From: a virus
Taxonomy: Duplodnaviria > Caudoviricetes
DNA length: 64,000 nt
IMG/VR virus record: IMGVR_UViG_3300011335_000487
Location: 1,701 to 65,700 of that record
Direction: 5' to 3' (one strand)
A model generated the notes under the pieces. That model saw only the letters and a program-made list of their open reading frames with translations. It was not told the DNA's origin and ran no database searches. Both the position numbers and the translations under genes were made by a program. Shown piece after piece: positions 54,484 through 63,801 of this stretch. Numbering within the stretch: position 1 is the stretch's first letter; each line of letters starts with the position of its first letter.

Positions 54484-54719
54484 TTCATCTCCGGAAGTTT
54501 AAACGTCACGTTAATCTTTAGACCATCCATTGAATACGGGTCTTTCATTTCGTACACTCGCGTAACAATCTGCTTTGTGTACTCTTCAAGAATCGGTTCA
54601 ATATCTTTGGTAATCATTTCAACAAACCGTTGCCTGATTTCGTTTTTTATTGTCGCGTGTATTGCGCTAGATACAACTGACGCTACGCCAATACCACTTG
54701 TAATAGCCATTATTTGCAT
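54480..54719 (-). CDS. Hypothetical protein
   Basis: ORF track, ATGA overlap. Confidence 0.6.
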   Translation of the reverse strand: MQIMAITSGIGVASVVSSAIHATIKNEIRQRFVEMITKDIEPILEEYTKQIVTRVYEMKDPYSMDGLKINVTFKLPEMK

Positions 54720-54911
54720 CCCCTTTTTTGTAGTTCCTCACACCACTCACCCAAAGCCATGATTGCAAAGAACACCCACCACACCCAGTGTGCTTCAAAC
54801 TGGTACAGCATGAACGCTGCGATAAGCCCAATCAAAACATCACCCATATAATTAGACAGACCGCAAGGTAGAAGTACCCGACCCACTCAATCACTGCGCT
54901 TGATGTATTCA

Positions 54912-55169
54912 TTAGTTTATCGTCCTGTTAACGTATCGGTTAACAATGTCAGCGCGTAGTTTATCAACGGCTTCGATCAGGGCGACTGACAACTCTAGCT
55001 CGCCCATGTTAAGCCCGTAGATACGCATGCGCCCACCATCGCCCTCCTTACCACTACCTTCTTGAAAGATCAACACCGCAGCAGACAGGTTGCTGTCTTC
55101 CTCGGTGCACTTAGTGAGCTCTTCTATAACGTGTTTGTAAGCGGCTACCTTGTCTTGATAGTTATTCAT
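54912..55169 (-). CDS. Hypothetical protein
   Basis: ORF track, ATGA overlap. Confidence 0.65.
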   Translation of the reverse strand: MNNYQDKVAAYKHVIEELTKCTEEDSNLSAAVLIFQEGSGKEGDGGRMRIYGLNMGELELSVALIEAVDKLRADIVNRYVNRTIN

Positions 55170-55459
55170 GATTTTTTAAACTCCTCTAGTACTGCGCGCA
55201 CAACGTGCACGTTGACCTCGTTGATAAGAATCGCCATACCCCCTGCTGCGTTCACCTTACCCATCTCGCGCTCTTGCAGGGCGGTGGGCTTGTTCTTACC
55301 CGCCTTGCACTCGATGGCTAAAAAGAATCCGCGATAGCATGCGATGATGTCAGGCACACCACTACGTCCGAACCCACCTGTCATGGGCGAGAAGTAGTAC
55401 GCGCCAAACTCTTTAAGTATTTTCGTCACGCTTGCTTTGACTTTCGCTTCCGGTGTCAT
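55166..55459 (-). CDS. VRR-NUC domain nuclease (Holliday junction resolvase-like)
   Basis: MTPEAKVK...GVPDIIAC...AIECKAGKNKPTALQ. Confidence 0.88.
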   Translation of the reverse strand: MTPEAKVKASVTKILKEFGAYYFSPMTGGFGRSGVPDIIACYRGFFLAIECKAGKNKPTALQEREMGKVNAAGGMAILINEVNVHVVRAVLEEFKKS

Positions 55460-55796
55460 AAACTTCCTTCAGTATGTGTGCAGCCATTACGTTTTTGGTT
55501 TGAATCATTTTCTGAGCAAGAGCGTCCGTTATCGGCGTAGCCCCTCTGTATACACCGATGCCCTCAAAGAACGCGTCCATGTCCTCGCCCTTCAGGTACT
55601 TAGGGTCTGTGCCCTCTTCGACAACTAGCACACCGATAGCGCGCAGCTCTTTGTACCTGTTGGCGTACATCTCTGCTTTTTCAAGCGCGCCATGCAGTGC
55701 TCTTATTTCATTAGTCTTAGCGTTATTTTCTTGCTGTAACGCATGAATGATCTTGTCCTTCGGGAACAACGCCTCTTCAATTTGCTTGTTGTGCAT
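55413..55796 (-). CDS. Hypothetical protein
   Basis: ORF track. Confidence 0.6.
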   Translation of the reverse strand: MHNKQIEEALFPKDKIIHALQQENNAKTNEIRALHGALEKAEMYANRYKELRAIGVLVVEEGTDPKYLKGEDMDAFFEGIGVYRGATPITDALAQKMIQTKNVMAAHILKEVYDTGSESQSKRDENT

Positions 55797-55977
55797 TACG
55801 ATTCCTTATGATGTCGATGGTTTGTAGGGCTTCGCTGATCTTCATCAACTGCTCATTCAAAGCTAGCTCGTTGCCATGCCCTGCCTCGTACAACTTCATG
55901 GCAATCACAACCTCTGCCTCAAGCACACACAAGGCAGCGTTCTCGCGCATCATGGATATGATCTCGCGCTCATTCAT
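55777..55977 (-). CDS. Hypothetical protein
   Basis: ORF track. Confidence 0.6.
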   Translation of the reverse strand: MNEREIISMMRENAALCVLEAEVVIAMKLYEAGHGNELALNEQLMKISEALQTIDIIRNRNAQQAN

Positions 55978-55978
55978 A

Positions 55979-56260
55979 CTAAACTCCTTCGATCTGTTTA
56001 AGGTAGTTTTTGCCTACCTCGGTTAAGAAAACTTGGGTATAGCGTTTGTCCTTCTTACTGCGTTCCTGCTGCACATACCCCGCCGTGATTAAATTGGTGA
56101 GGTACTTGTGTGCAGTAGCTTCAGCCATCGTGTTGACGGCTGAAGCGAGTACGTCAGTAACATTCGCTCTACCACAAGCACTCACCGCGCCAAGCATGAA
56201 CTCTTCTGCCCAAGCCATGCCATGCTCATTGCGGATATGTTGCGTTAGATAAATGTTCAT
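55979..56260 (-). CDS. MarR-like winged-helix protein
   Basis: TAHKYLTNLITAGYVQQERSKKDKRYTQVFLTEVG wing motif. Confidence 0.75.
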   Translation of the reverse strand: MNIYLTQHIRNEHGMAWAEEFMLGAVSACGRANVTDVLASAVNTMAEATAHKYLTNLITAGYVQQERSKKDKRYTQVFLTEVGKNYLKQIEGV

Positions 56261-56265
56261 TAAGT

Positions 56266-56487
56266 TTACTCAGGTTGTTTGCGTTTGACGTAATTGTCGG
56301 GGTGACAGATGTACTTGTTACCCATTGCCTCAATGGCGCGCTGCACTTTAATCTTGTGCCTACGCGCTGCTTCATCGCGGACATCTTCTGTCCACAGCAC
56401 ATCGGGCGTGTTCTTGTCACGGAAACCTAGCGCACCTCGCAAGCGTTTGATGGGGTCGAATAACGTGCCGTTTCTAAAGATAAACAT
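56266..56487 (-). CDS. Hypothetical protein
   Basis: AIEAMGNKYICHP motif; ORF track. Confidence 0.65.
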   Translation of the reverse strand: MFIFRNGTLFDPIKRLRGALGFRDKNTPDVLWTEDVRDEAARRHKIKVQRAIEAMGNKYICHPDNYVKRKQPE

Positions 56488-56501
56488 GATGACCGATCCT
56501 T

Positions 56502-56906
56502 TTATTTGAGGCGAAGAATCTCGACCTTGCCATTGTTGATCGTAGTCATGACTGACTCGTTACCCCACACCTTACCCGCGAGCGAACTGCTCACGCCACG
56601 CACCCGCTTGATGTCAAGCCCCGCAGCGTCAATCAACAACACGTCACCGATGTTCATGTCGAGCAAGCCCTGTTTCTTGACGTGCGCGGTGAACGTGCCA
56701 TAGGGTTCGTTATTCCGATTGCGCTGCCCCTTGGTTGCCTTGACCTTCTTGATGGGGTCACCATGCGTGTGGGTTACGCCTGACTCATCGCGTACGATGT
56801 AATGCGTGCCCATGTTACGCAGCATCTCAAGTGCTTTGCTAACAGCTTTGTCCTTGAGCGTAGATTGAGGGGCAATTTCTAGGTTTAATGTGTTTTGCAT
56901 TGTCAT
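56502..56906 (-). CDS. Hypothetical protein
   Basis: ORF track; start moved to MTMQN after AAGGA RBS. Confidence 0.7.
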   Translation of the reverse strand: MTMQNTLNLEIAPQSTLKDKAVSKALEMLRNMGTHYIVRDESGVTHTHGDPIKKVKATKGQRNRNNEPYGTFTAHVKKQGLLDMNIGDVLLIDAAGLDIKRVRGVSSSLAGKVWGNESVMTTINNGKVEILRLK

Positions 56907-56928
56907 AATATATCCTTGATGGGTTAGT

Positions 56929-57801
56929 TTAAAACGAGAACTTGCTACGGATTGCATCAACACTTGCCTTAACATCTTTGCGTACGGGCAGGTTCGTACG
57001 TAACTCCTTGACATCTACTCCGTTGATCGACTCGAACAACGCCTTGCGTGCGTCCTCTAGGGTCTGGTCGTTGGTGAGGTTGAGCACCTTGACCATGTCG
57101 CACAAGTCGTGCGCTGTATCTAACAACGAGTCGTGAAACTTGCGCGTCACGATGGTGCCGTTAGCTGCATCAACGGCTAGCCTGTCAGACATACGATCAA
57201 GATGTTCTTTGAGTCGAGTCTTAACGTCACGCATGGCGAACTCCACGCGCTCATCAGCAAGTTTGGATAACTTCTCTTGCAACTCCTTCTGAGCATCGTT
57301 GCCTACGTCAACACGGAAGTCACCCGCAGCAGGCACAGGCATGTAGTTCAGTCGGAAGCTGAACTTGTGCTGTAACTCGTTGGGTGACGGGAACTCATCG
57401 CGCTTGAACATATCGCCCAACGCCATAGCTTGCGCTGTGATCAGCGTGGGGTAGATGCCAATGAACTCGCGCACTAAGTCCTCGAACGCATTGTGATGCT
57501 TGGTCATCTCTGCATCGAACAGCATGAACGATGGCGCGGGCAGTAAGCGGATACCTGAGTCAGACCAAGGTAGCGTGTGCTCGTAGACGTATTGACGTAC
57601 GAAGCCCACATGCTGGTTGATGATCTCTAACTCTTTGCGCCCCGCTAGCAGGTTCTTGTTGACGCGTGCTGCGCCTTTCTCCCCTGCGTTCTTGTCGCGC
57701 ACCACCTCGTCAGAGGTAGACCTGTCTAGCTTGCGTGCAGTCCATTGAGATGCGTTGAACTCAACGAGCATTGCACAAGTGTCGATGTTATAGCGTGCCA
57801 T
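56929..57801 (-). CDS. DUF3150-like protein
   Basis: SQWTARKLD, TLPWSDSGIRLLP, KFSF...PVPAAGDFRV. Confidence 0.75.
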   Translation of the reverse strand: MARYNIDTCAMLVEFNASQWTARKLDRSTSDEVVRDKNAGEKGAARVNKNLLAGRKELEIINQHVGFVRQYVYEHTLPWSDSGIRLLPAPSFMLFDAEMTKHHNAFEDLVREFIGIYPTLITAQAMALGDMFKRDEFPSPNELQHKFSFRLNYMPVPAAGDFRVDVGNDAQKELQEKLSKLADERVEFAMRDVKTRLKEHLDRMSDRLAVDAANGTIVTRKFHDSLLDTAHDLCDMVKVLNLTNDQTLEDARKALFESINGVDVKELRTNLPVRKDVKASVDAIRSKFSF

Positions 57802-57829
57802 AGTATTTCCTTTAAGTGGTGGGATAACA

Positions 57830-57854
57830 GGTTGTAGAGAACACCTCTACAACC
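57830..57854. promoter_or_regulatory. Palindrome copy with compensatory change (GGTTGTAGAG-N5-CTCTACAACC)
   Basis: 10-bp perfect arms, intergenic. Confidence 0.65.
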
Positions 57855-57863
57855 GAACTGCGG

Positions 57864-59135
57864 TTAAGAATAGATACGAACTGTCTTGCCCTTGCTTGCT
57901 ACGAAGTTGTCGTTGTCAACAACGCCGAACAACACAGGTGCCTCGGGTAAGCGGTAGTTAGACTCGATGTAGCCATCAGTCAGGTAGACCACAGCCTTGG
58001 GCTTGTACTTCTTCGCTTCGATGTACTCGACTACGCATGACACACGGGTGCCTCCGCCACCCACAGGTTGTAACAACTTACCGATGCCTTGGTACTGGTG
58101 CTGCTTGAACACTTGCTCACCTGCTACTGAGTCCTCCCACCAGATGACGCGCACCGACTCAGGGTTGACGTTCTCGCAGATGCGTGCGATCTCACCAAGC
58201 ACAGTAGGATAGATGCCCATCATCGAGCCGGACATATCGCACGCGATGATGATCTCGCCCGTAGCCTCAGAGAAGTGCGAGGGCATGATGCAGAACGGCA
58301 GCATACGTTTGTTGGGTGGGCAGAACCGTGAGTGCTCGTCACCCTCGGTGATCTCAGTAAAGAACTGCCAAATGTACTGACGCCAGTTAGTGTCACGCTT
58401 CTGCATCGCGTTGTCTAACTTGCCACCCATGCTGCCGCGCCCTGCGATCTTCTCTTGCAGCATCTTGCCCTGCTGATTGCCATCGTCGATGTCGCGCTTG
58501 AGATCATCAAGTGCCTTGCCCGTCTTGGGGTTGCGCTTGTGCTCATCGAACGACTCGCCGATCTTCTTGCCGTCAGGGTCGAAGAACTCCTTGCCGCCCT
58601 TGGTAGGCTTGTCACCGCCATCGGTAGGGTTACCACGCCCACTGCCATCGGGCTGCTGCGGTTCTTGCTTGGGCTTGGCGTTCTTGAGCAAGTCCTTGAG
58701 CACAGCGATGAACGACCAGTCGTAATACTTCTTGTGCAACAGTATGTCGATGGTCGCGGGGTGCTCGATGAACTTGTGGTCAGGGTCGATCTGCTCGATG
58801 AGCGAGTTCACAACGTAGTCCATCGCGATGTTGCTCGCCTCCTTCTCGTGCATACACACGTCTTGGTACTCGACACAGTGGCGCAACGACTTGTGAAACG
58901 TCTCGTGCAGCTTGACCCACCGCAACTGCTTGCGGTTCTGCGCGAGCATGAACTCAAGCCCGAACCACACGTTCTCGCCGTCAGTCGCAGCGGTAGGCAT
59001 ACCCGCCACGACAATGTCACGACCAAGGCACGTCACACCCGCAAGGCGGGAGAACTGGTCATGCGTGGAGATGTCCACGTTGATAGCGATGAGCCGTTGC
59101 TCGGGCGTCATAGCATTGAATTTAGCATCACTCAT
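57864..59135 (-). CDS. Metallopeptidase + vWA protein (DUF2201-like)
   Basis: TAATDG, LHETFH (HExxH), NIAMD, CDMSGS (MIDAS), GGGGT, YLTDGY. Confidence 0.88.
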   Translation of the reverse strand: MSDAKFNAMTPEQRLIAINVDISTHDQFSRLAGVTCLGRDIVVAGMPTAATDGENVWFGLEFMLAQNRKQLRWVKLHETFHKSLRHCVEYQDVCMHEKEASNIAMDYVVNSLIEQIDPDHKFIEHPATIDILLHKKYYDWSFIAVLKDLLKNAKPKQEPQQPDGSGRGNPTDGGDKPTKGGKEFFDPDGKKIGESFDEHKRNPKTGKALDDLKRDIDDGNQQGKMLQEKIAGRGSMGGKLDNAMQKRDTNWRQYIWQFFTEITEGDEHSRFCPPNKRMLPFCIMPSHFSEATGEIIIACDMSGSMMGIYPTVLGEIARICENVNPESVRVIWWEDSVAGEQVFKQHQYQGIGKLLQPVGGGGTRVSCVVEYIEAKKYKPKAVVYLTDGYIESNYRLPEAPVLFGVVDNDNFVASKGKTVRIYS

Positions 59136-59156
59136 TTAGTGCTCCTTGGTGGTTGA

Positions 59157-60278
59157 TTACTTGTTGCTGAAGTAAATCTTGTTAGCTGCCAACATCTTCT
59201 GAAACGGTGCGACTGTTAAGAAGTGCGACAGGCGGGACGTGGTGTTAGCCACACGGTTAACGAACAAGTTCTGCATCTCACCCTTGAGTCGTGCAACGTA
59301 CTCGGTAGCCGCCTCGGCATCGTCTCTGTCCTGCGTATTAGTGACGAGCTTGAACGCCATAACGATCTGTGCAACAGGCGATGACGCTACCCTAGCGTGA
59401 GCAGGGTTAGCGCGTACCTCATCGAACGAGGGGTTGTCCTGACCGAACCGAATGTATGCAGCCAGTGCCTCGGCAGCAGTCGCACCAATTGCGCCTTCTA
59501 AGAACGCTTGCATGGTGTCGGTGTCCATCGTGTCCTTGTTGAGCACGATGTCGCTTGCTGTGTGCAAGGTACGAGGTGAGACGTAGCCATCTTGTGCCTC
59601 GTTGGGGTTGAACGGTATCGGGTTGTCCTTGGACATAACCTTGCCGTGATGCTTACCCCCTGCCATGTAGTCAAGGAACGAATCGAACCACATGGGGTGC
59701 TCGTCAGCGCACGCGATAACCTCTGCTGCCATACTCACGTCAGTCGCGTGCTGCACCCACTCATCACACGTTGGCTTAGCCATGTTGACCATGACAAGGC
59801 GCGAGCGCAAGTGCGGTTGAATGACATCGCCTAGCCCCTCCATTGCAAGGTTGGTCGCGCACACAACGAGTGAACCCTCAACGAAGTGATACGAACCCAC
59901 ACGCCTGTCGTACATGATGGGGGCGATGGTGTCCTTGATGTACTGACGAGTCTTGAGAATCTCATCGAGGAAGATGAGCACAGGGCGCGAGCCGTTGATG
60001 CCCTTCTGATTGACCTTGCTGACACCGAACCGTTCATTGGGCAGCTCGCGCGAGATACCCTGCTCGCGATCAACGTCAGGCATCCAAATCGAACCGTCCG
60101 ACAACTGCGTGCAGTCAACGGGTGCGACCTTGATGTGGTTGGCATACTTGGGGTCACGGCACAGCTCGTGGAAGATAGCCGTCTTGCCGACACCATTCTC
60201 TGCGCTCACTACTACGGTACGCAGATGAGCAACAGCTTTGATACCGGAGATGACTTGTTTTCTGTTAAGCAATTTCAT
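59157..60278 (-). CDS. MoxR-like AAA+ ATPase
   Basis: AENGVGKT Walker A, IFLDE Walker B, CATN, LRSR, SPRT sensor. Confidence 0.88.
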   Translation of the reverse strand: MKLLNRKQVISGIKAVAHLRTVVVSAENGVGKTAIFHELCRDPKYANHIKVAPVDCTQLSDGSIWMPDVDREQGISRELPNERFGVSKVNQKGINGSRPVLIFLDEILKTRQYIKDTIAPIMYDRRVGSYHFVEGSLVVCATNLAMEGLGDVIQPHLRSRLVMVNMAKPTCDEWVQHATDVSMAAEVIACADEHPMWFDSFLDYMAGGKHHGKVMSKDNPIPFNPNEAQDGYVSPRTLHTASDIVLNKDTMDTDTMQAFLEGAIGATAAEALAAYIRFGQDNPSFDEVRANPAHARVASSPVAQIVMAFKLVTNTQDRDDAEAATEYVARLKGEMQNLFVNRVANTTSRLSHFLTVAPFQKMLAANKIYFSNK

Positions 60279-60321
60279 AGTATTTCCTTGGTTAGGTACT
60301 GCTTGGTGGGTACTGTTAAGA

Positions 60322-60350
60322 ATTATACATCAACATTACAACAATAACAA
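60322..60350 (-). promoter_or_regulatory. Sigma70-like promoter of the AAA/vWA operon
   Basis: TTGTTA-17 nt-TATAAT. Confidence 0.7.
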
Positions 60351-60380
60351 AAGGACTGAGGTAAACCCTACCCCCAGTCC
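60348..60380 (-). terminator. Intrinsic terminator after gene 60405-61388
   Basis: GGACTG...CAGTCC extended stem followed by TTTTG on - strand. Confidence 0.6.
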
Positions 60381-60404
60381 TGTTTACAAACGTGTTGCTG
60401 AGAA

Positions 60405-61388
60405 CTACTTGGTGACGATATGCCTTGCCACCCTGCTAGCGATGTACCACTTGCGCGGCAGCTTCTCGCGGAACTGACCCCATATCTTGAAGCCTGTGCC
60501 CTCTTTTATACCAACAAGTTTCTGTAACCTACTACGGTATGACTTGAGGAAGTCCTCGGTGCTGACCCCCTTGATGATGGCGTGCTTGGCTTCATCGACC
60601 CCGTTGGGGTGCGCTCGGCTAGCGTACCAACCTAGCAACTCTGCCTCATACGCACGCTTGCTAGCGAGAATATCGAACACGCCCTGACCCATCTCGACAA
60701 GGTTGTCGATCACGTTGGGGTCGTTCATGGCTGCGTTGATATCTTCTAACTCATCAGCATCTACCCTGCACATACGGATGGAGTCAGGCTGATGGTATCC
60801 TTGCGAGAAGGGTCTGCCGTAGTTAGCATCGAGTGTGCAGTTAGCGCGGTACTGGTCGATGCGTAACCCGATGAGCATCACGAACCCATCGAGCTGCTTG
60901 AGCAACTCCTTGCGCTTGTTCTTATCCTCGGTGGTGCTCACGCGTGTGGCGATGTCAGCGTGCCATGACTGACTGACGATGAGCTTGCCGTCCTTGTCCA
61001 TCATGAGCTTGGCAGTCGCGGGCTTGGGGTCGCCGTAAGGCGCATAGGAGTGAACGTATGGTACGCACACCTCCTTGCCCTCGGTGGTGGGCAGTCGGTA
61101 GTAACAAATATTGTTAGTCCCCATAAAGGTATTGGTGAGAGGTGAGTCGTAGTAGCAGCACTCAACGAGCGTGTTGCCCTCTGCGTTGGGTGGGTAGATA
61201 GTCGCTACGTTGGTCTCGTACAGGCGGTAGATGATGGCTTGGTCTTCGTTGCGCTTGTGTATGCCGTAGTGCGCGTAGGCGGTGCGCTGTAGTGGTCGAG
61301 CGTTGTTGGGCATCGCTGCCCACTTCTTGCTGCGTGGTGGCACAGGGCGTGAGAAGTAATGATCTAAAGCATCTTGATAGCTACGCAT
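60405..61388 (-). CDS. Hypothetical early protein
   Basis: 327-aa ORF with class-B leader and palindrome upstream. Confidence 0.8.
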   Translation of the reverse strand: MRSYQDALDHYFSRPVPPRSKKWAAMPNNARPLQRTAYAHYGIHKRNEDQAIIYRLYETNVATIYPPNAEGNTLVECCYYDSPLTNTFMGTNNICYYRLPTTEGKEVCVPYVHSYAPYGDPKPATAKLMMDKDGKLIVSQSWHADIATRVSTTEDKNKRKELLKQLDGFVMLIGLRIDQYRANCTLDANYGRPFSQGYHQPDSIRMCRVDADELEDINAAMNDPNVIDNLVEMGQGVFDILASKRAYEAELLGWYASRAHPNGVDEAKHAIIKGVSTEDFLKSYRSRLQKLVGIKEGTGFKIWGQFREKLPRKWYIASRVARHIVTK

Positions 61389-61411
61389 AGCGTTTCCTTG
61401 GTGGGTTGATA

Positions 61412-61436
61412 CGTTGTGGAGGGAGTCTCCACAACG
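61412..61436. promoter_or_regulatory. Palindrome CGTTGTGGAG-N5-CTCCACAACG
   Basis: 10-bp perfect arms just upstream of the RBS leader. Confidence 0.7.
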
Positions 61437-61459
61437 AGGGGTAATAAAAATACTACTGT

Positions 61460-62053
61460 TTAAAAGTTGATAGTGATGGTCTTGCGTGACAGAATCTCAA
61501 CGAGCTTGTCTTCTAGTATGTTGTCCAAGCACTCGCCTACCTTAGACTCCAACACATCATCGAGCACCTCGCTGACCTCATCGCTCAGGCACTCGTTCAA
61601 CTCGTCACGCACTTTCTCTTCTACGTTGACGTGGTCTTCGATGTCGAAGCTGTTGTTCATGTAGCTCTCGATGTGGTCAGATACGTTGTCTTCTAACTCG
61701 CTACGCACTACTGCTGAGATGTCGTAGCCCTCGAAGTGCTCCTCGACCTTGTCCTCGACTTGTTTGTCGAACCACGTTGCTCGTTCGAGTACGGTGTTTA
61801 TCGTGTCCTTGAAGTCCTCGGTGTAGCTTTTGGTTTGTTGCTGCTGAGAGGTGATGACCGACACTAACTGCGTGAGCAGGGTGCTGATCTGTGCCACGAT
61901 TTGGTGTGGCGTAGGCTGCGCTTGGGGTGATGTGTCCATCGGCACATACTGTGCGCCTGATGCGCCTGTGATAATTTGATTGGTGTCAGGCATGGCGATG
62001 TCCTTGTTTGTTGGTTGTGTGCAGTTCAGGTACTCGGTGTTGATAGCGTTCAT
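61460..62053 (-). CDS. Acidic helical-repeat hypothetical protein
   Basis: Repeated VEDKVEEH/LEDNVSDH/VEEKVRDE/LESKVGEC units. Confidence 0.75.
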   Translation of the reverse strand: MNAINTEYLNCTQPTNKDIAMPDTNQIITGASGAQYVPMDTSPQAQPTPHQIVAQISTLLTQLVSVITSQQQQTKSYTEDFKDTINTVLERATWFDKQVEDKVEEHFEGYDISAVVRSELEDNVSDHIESYMNNSFDIEDHVNVEEKVRDELNECLSDEVSEVLDDVLESKVGECLDNILEDKLVEILSRKTITINF

Positions 62054-62058
62054 GTGTA

Positions 62059-62247
62059 CTACTCCTTGATGTGAAAAGAAAAGTCACGCACCCATGTGAA
62101 GTGCGTGTTGGTGGGAAGGTACTGCCTTAACTCGTACGCCTTATCGGAATACACTTCATAACAGATAGCGATGCCCTTGTCGGACATACCTAGCACCTCA
62201 ACGATTTTGCCATTGAGTAACTTACCTGCGGTAAAACTAATCTTCAC
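62059..62247 (-). CDS. Hypothetical early protein
   Basis: ORF track; ends in the AAGGAGTAG junction. Confidence 0.65.
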   Translation of the reverse strand: MKISFTAGKLLNGKIVEVLGMSDKGIAICYEVYSDKAYELRQYLPTNTHFTWVRDFSFHIKE

Positions 62248-62657
62248 GGTTTACACTCCTCGCCCCCGTATGGGGTGTAGTCTTGGTTGAATGATGTGCT
62301 GATGGAGGTCACCGTGTATGAGTCCTCGTAGTCATCGAGGTCACCGCCAGTACATTCGTTCTGTACATCACCGTCTTCTTCGCCGACACGACTGAACCGC
62401 CAGTCGGCATCGTCCTCGTACAACTCCTTCGCCCATGCCATCATGCGGTGATGGGCTTGTACTGCGGGGTAGCTGTCGTACCACTTCCAATGTGGTGCGT
62501 AGAAGTTAACGGTTGGCGTGTCTTTAGCTACCTCGCAATGGTTGAGTGCCTCGATCAACAGCGCATCTTGCTTAGCTAGTATGAGGTTAACGAACTGATT
62601 ACGCAGAGGCACATCTCTGAAGCGTATAACGTACGCCACTTCGCTACGGTATCCCAT
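62244..62657 (-). CDS. Conserved hypothetical early protein
   Basis: MGYRSEVAY...KWYDSYP...FSRVGEEDGD. Confidence 0.8.
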   Translation of the reverse strand: MGYRSEVAYVIRFRDVPLRNQFVNLILAKQDALLIEALNHCEVAKDTPTVNFYAPHWKWYDSYPAVQAHHRMMAWAKELYEDDADWRFSRVGEEDGDVQNECTGGDLDDYEDSYTVTSISTSFNQDYTPYGGEECKP

Positions 62658-62920
62658 TACTCACTCCTCTCAATTATGGTTACGCCAGTATCGGCATAGT
62701 TACCAACAAAGTCTTCCTCTGCCAGCACAGGTTTAGACAACGCCTCTTGATGCCACCCCATTACACGCCTAACGCCCTCGATGGTGTCACAACCTACATA
62801 CACCGCACCGTGGCAGATGGGTACACCGTTGTTGTCGTACACCACCTCACGAACCTCAAAGACTATGTCGCCGCAACAATCTTCGGGCAAACGTACCAGT
62901 CTGAAATCACCGTGTGCCAT
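62657..62920 (-). CDS. Conserved hypothetical early protein
   Basis: FEVREVVYD...ALSKPVL. Confidence 0.75.
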   Translation of the reverse strand: MAHGDFRLVRLPEDCCGDIVFEVREVVYDNNGVPICHGAVYVGCDTIEGVRRVMGWHQEALSKPVLAEEDFVGNYADTGVTIIERSE

Positions 62921-62921
62921 A

Positions 62922-63053
62922 TCAATTTACCCCCAAGAATTTATTCCACATCTCTTTGTTAACCTTGATCACCACCTTGTCACCGTCTGGTTCTACTACT
63001 TCGGCGTACTCCAGTATGTCGAACGCCAACTCACACTTTTCAAAATCGTCCAT
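62922..63053 (-). CDS. Small early protein (43 aa)
   Basis: Start moved to MDDFEK behind the TAAGGAGTAGTGAC leader. Confidence 0.7.
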   Translation of the reverse strand: MDDFEKCELAFDILEYAEVVEPDGDKVVIKVNKEMWNKFLGVN

Positions 63054-63057
63054 GTCA

Positions 63058-63258
63058 CTACTCCTTATCGGTTTGTTTTGATTTAATACGCTCGACATTG
63101 TCAATGAAGAACTCTGTGTTGAGGTCATCGAGGGGCTTATCCCAGTCCCACAACTCTGCCGCTAGCGCGTCCCTCTTCGCCTCGTCCATGTTGGCTGCCT
63201 CGAACGTAACGTGTTGAGATACACGCATCACAATGATGGCTTCAAACTTAGGCATCAC
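63058..63258 (-). CDS. Small early protein
   Basis: ORF track. Confidence 0.7.
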   Translation of the reverse strand: MMPKFEAIIVMRVSQHVTFEAANMDEAKRDALAAELWDWDKPLDDLNTEFFIDNVERIKSKQTDKE

Positions 63259-63449
63259 TTCACCCCCATAAAAAGATGTTGGTTATTGCAAGCCCACGCT
63301 GTGATAGCAGCGCGCACCTTGGGCTCGTTCTTGTAGTGCCACATCAGCACTTCGGGTGTCATACGCTTTAACAATCTGTCGATCAACGCAGCGTTGCTCT
63401 TGTCGATCTGCTCTTGTGGAACTTCTTGAATTATCATAGCCATACCCAT
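63255..63449 (-). CDS. Small early protein
   Basis: ORF track; class-A leader. Confidence 0.7.
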   Translation of the reverse strand: MGMAMIIQEVPQEQIDKSNAALIDRLLKRMTPEVLMWHYKNEPKVRAAITAWACNNQHLFMGVK

Positions 63450-63460
63450 GTCACTACTCC

Positions 63461-63550
63461 TTATCTATACAAATGTTTGAACAACCTACCCCACACACCA
63501 CCGCCGCGCTTAACCGTAGTCTTGCGCTTCAATCTTTTCTCAACACTCAT
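63461..63550 (-). CDS. 29-aa basic micro-ORF
   Basis: MSVEKRLKRKTTVKRGGGVWGRLFKHLYR; fills the gap, stop is part of the next RBS. Confidence 0.5.
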   Translation of the reverse strand: MSVEKRLKRKTTVKRGGGVWGRLFKHLYR

Positions 63551-63797
63551 CACCGTCCTCCTCGATGTCATCTGAGTAATCAACTACAGGTTTCGTATAC
63601 TCCTCGGCGATCACATCGTCTTGCTCAGGTAACTCGAACACACAGAAGGCGTTCTGCCCACCCTCTCGCCAACCATGCGTATCGTGTAGCTTATACGTTA
63701 GATCATAAGCCTTGACCTTGTCTGTGAACAGACCCACTACGTTAGATGACACACCGCACTCGATGCACCCAATGTTGAACACCATGTACTTAGCCAT
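63540..63797 (-). CDS. Small early protein with CxxC
   Basis: GCIECGVSS; class-A leader. Confidence 0.75.
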   Translation of the reverse strand: MAKYMVFNIGCIECGVSSNVVGLFTDKVKAYDLTYKLHDTHGWREGGQNAFCVFELPEQDDVIAEEYTKPVVDYSDDIEEDGDEC

Positions 63798-63801
63798 GTC
63801 A

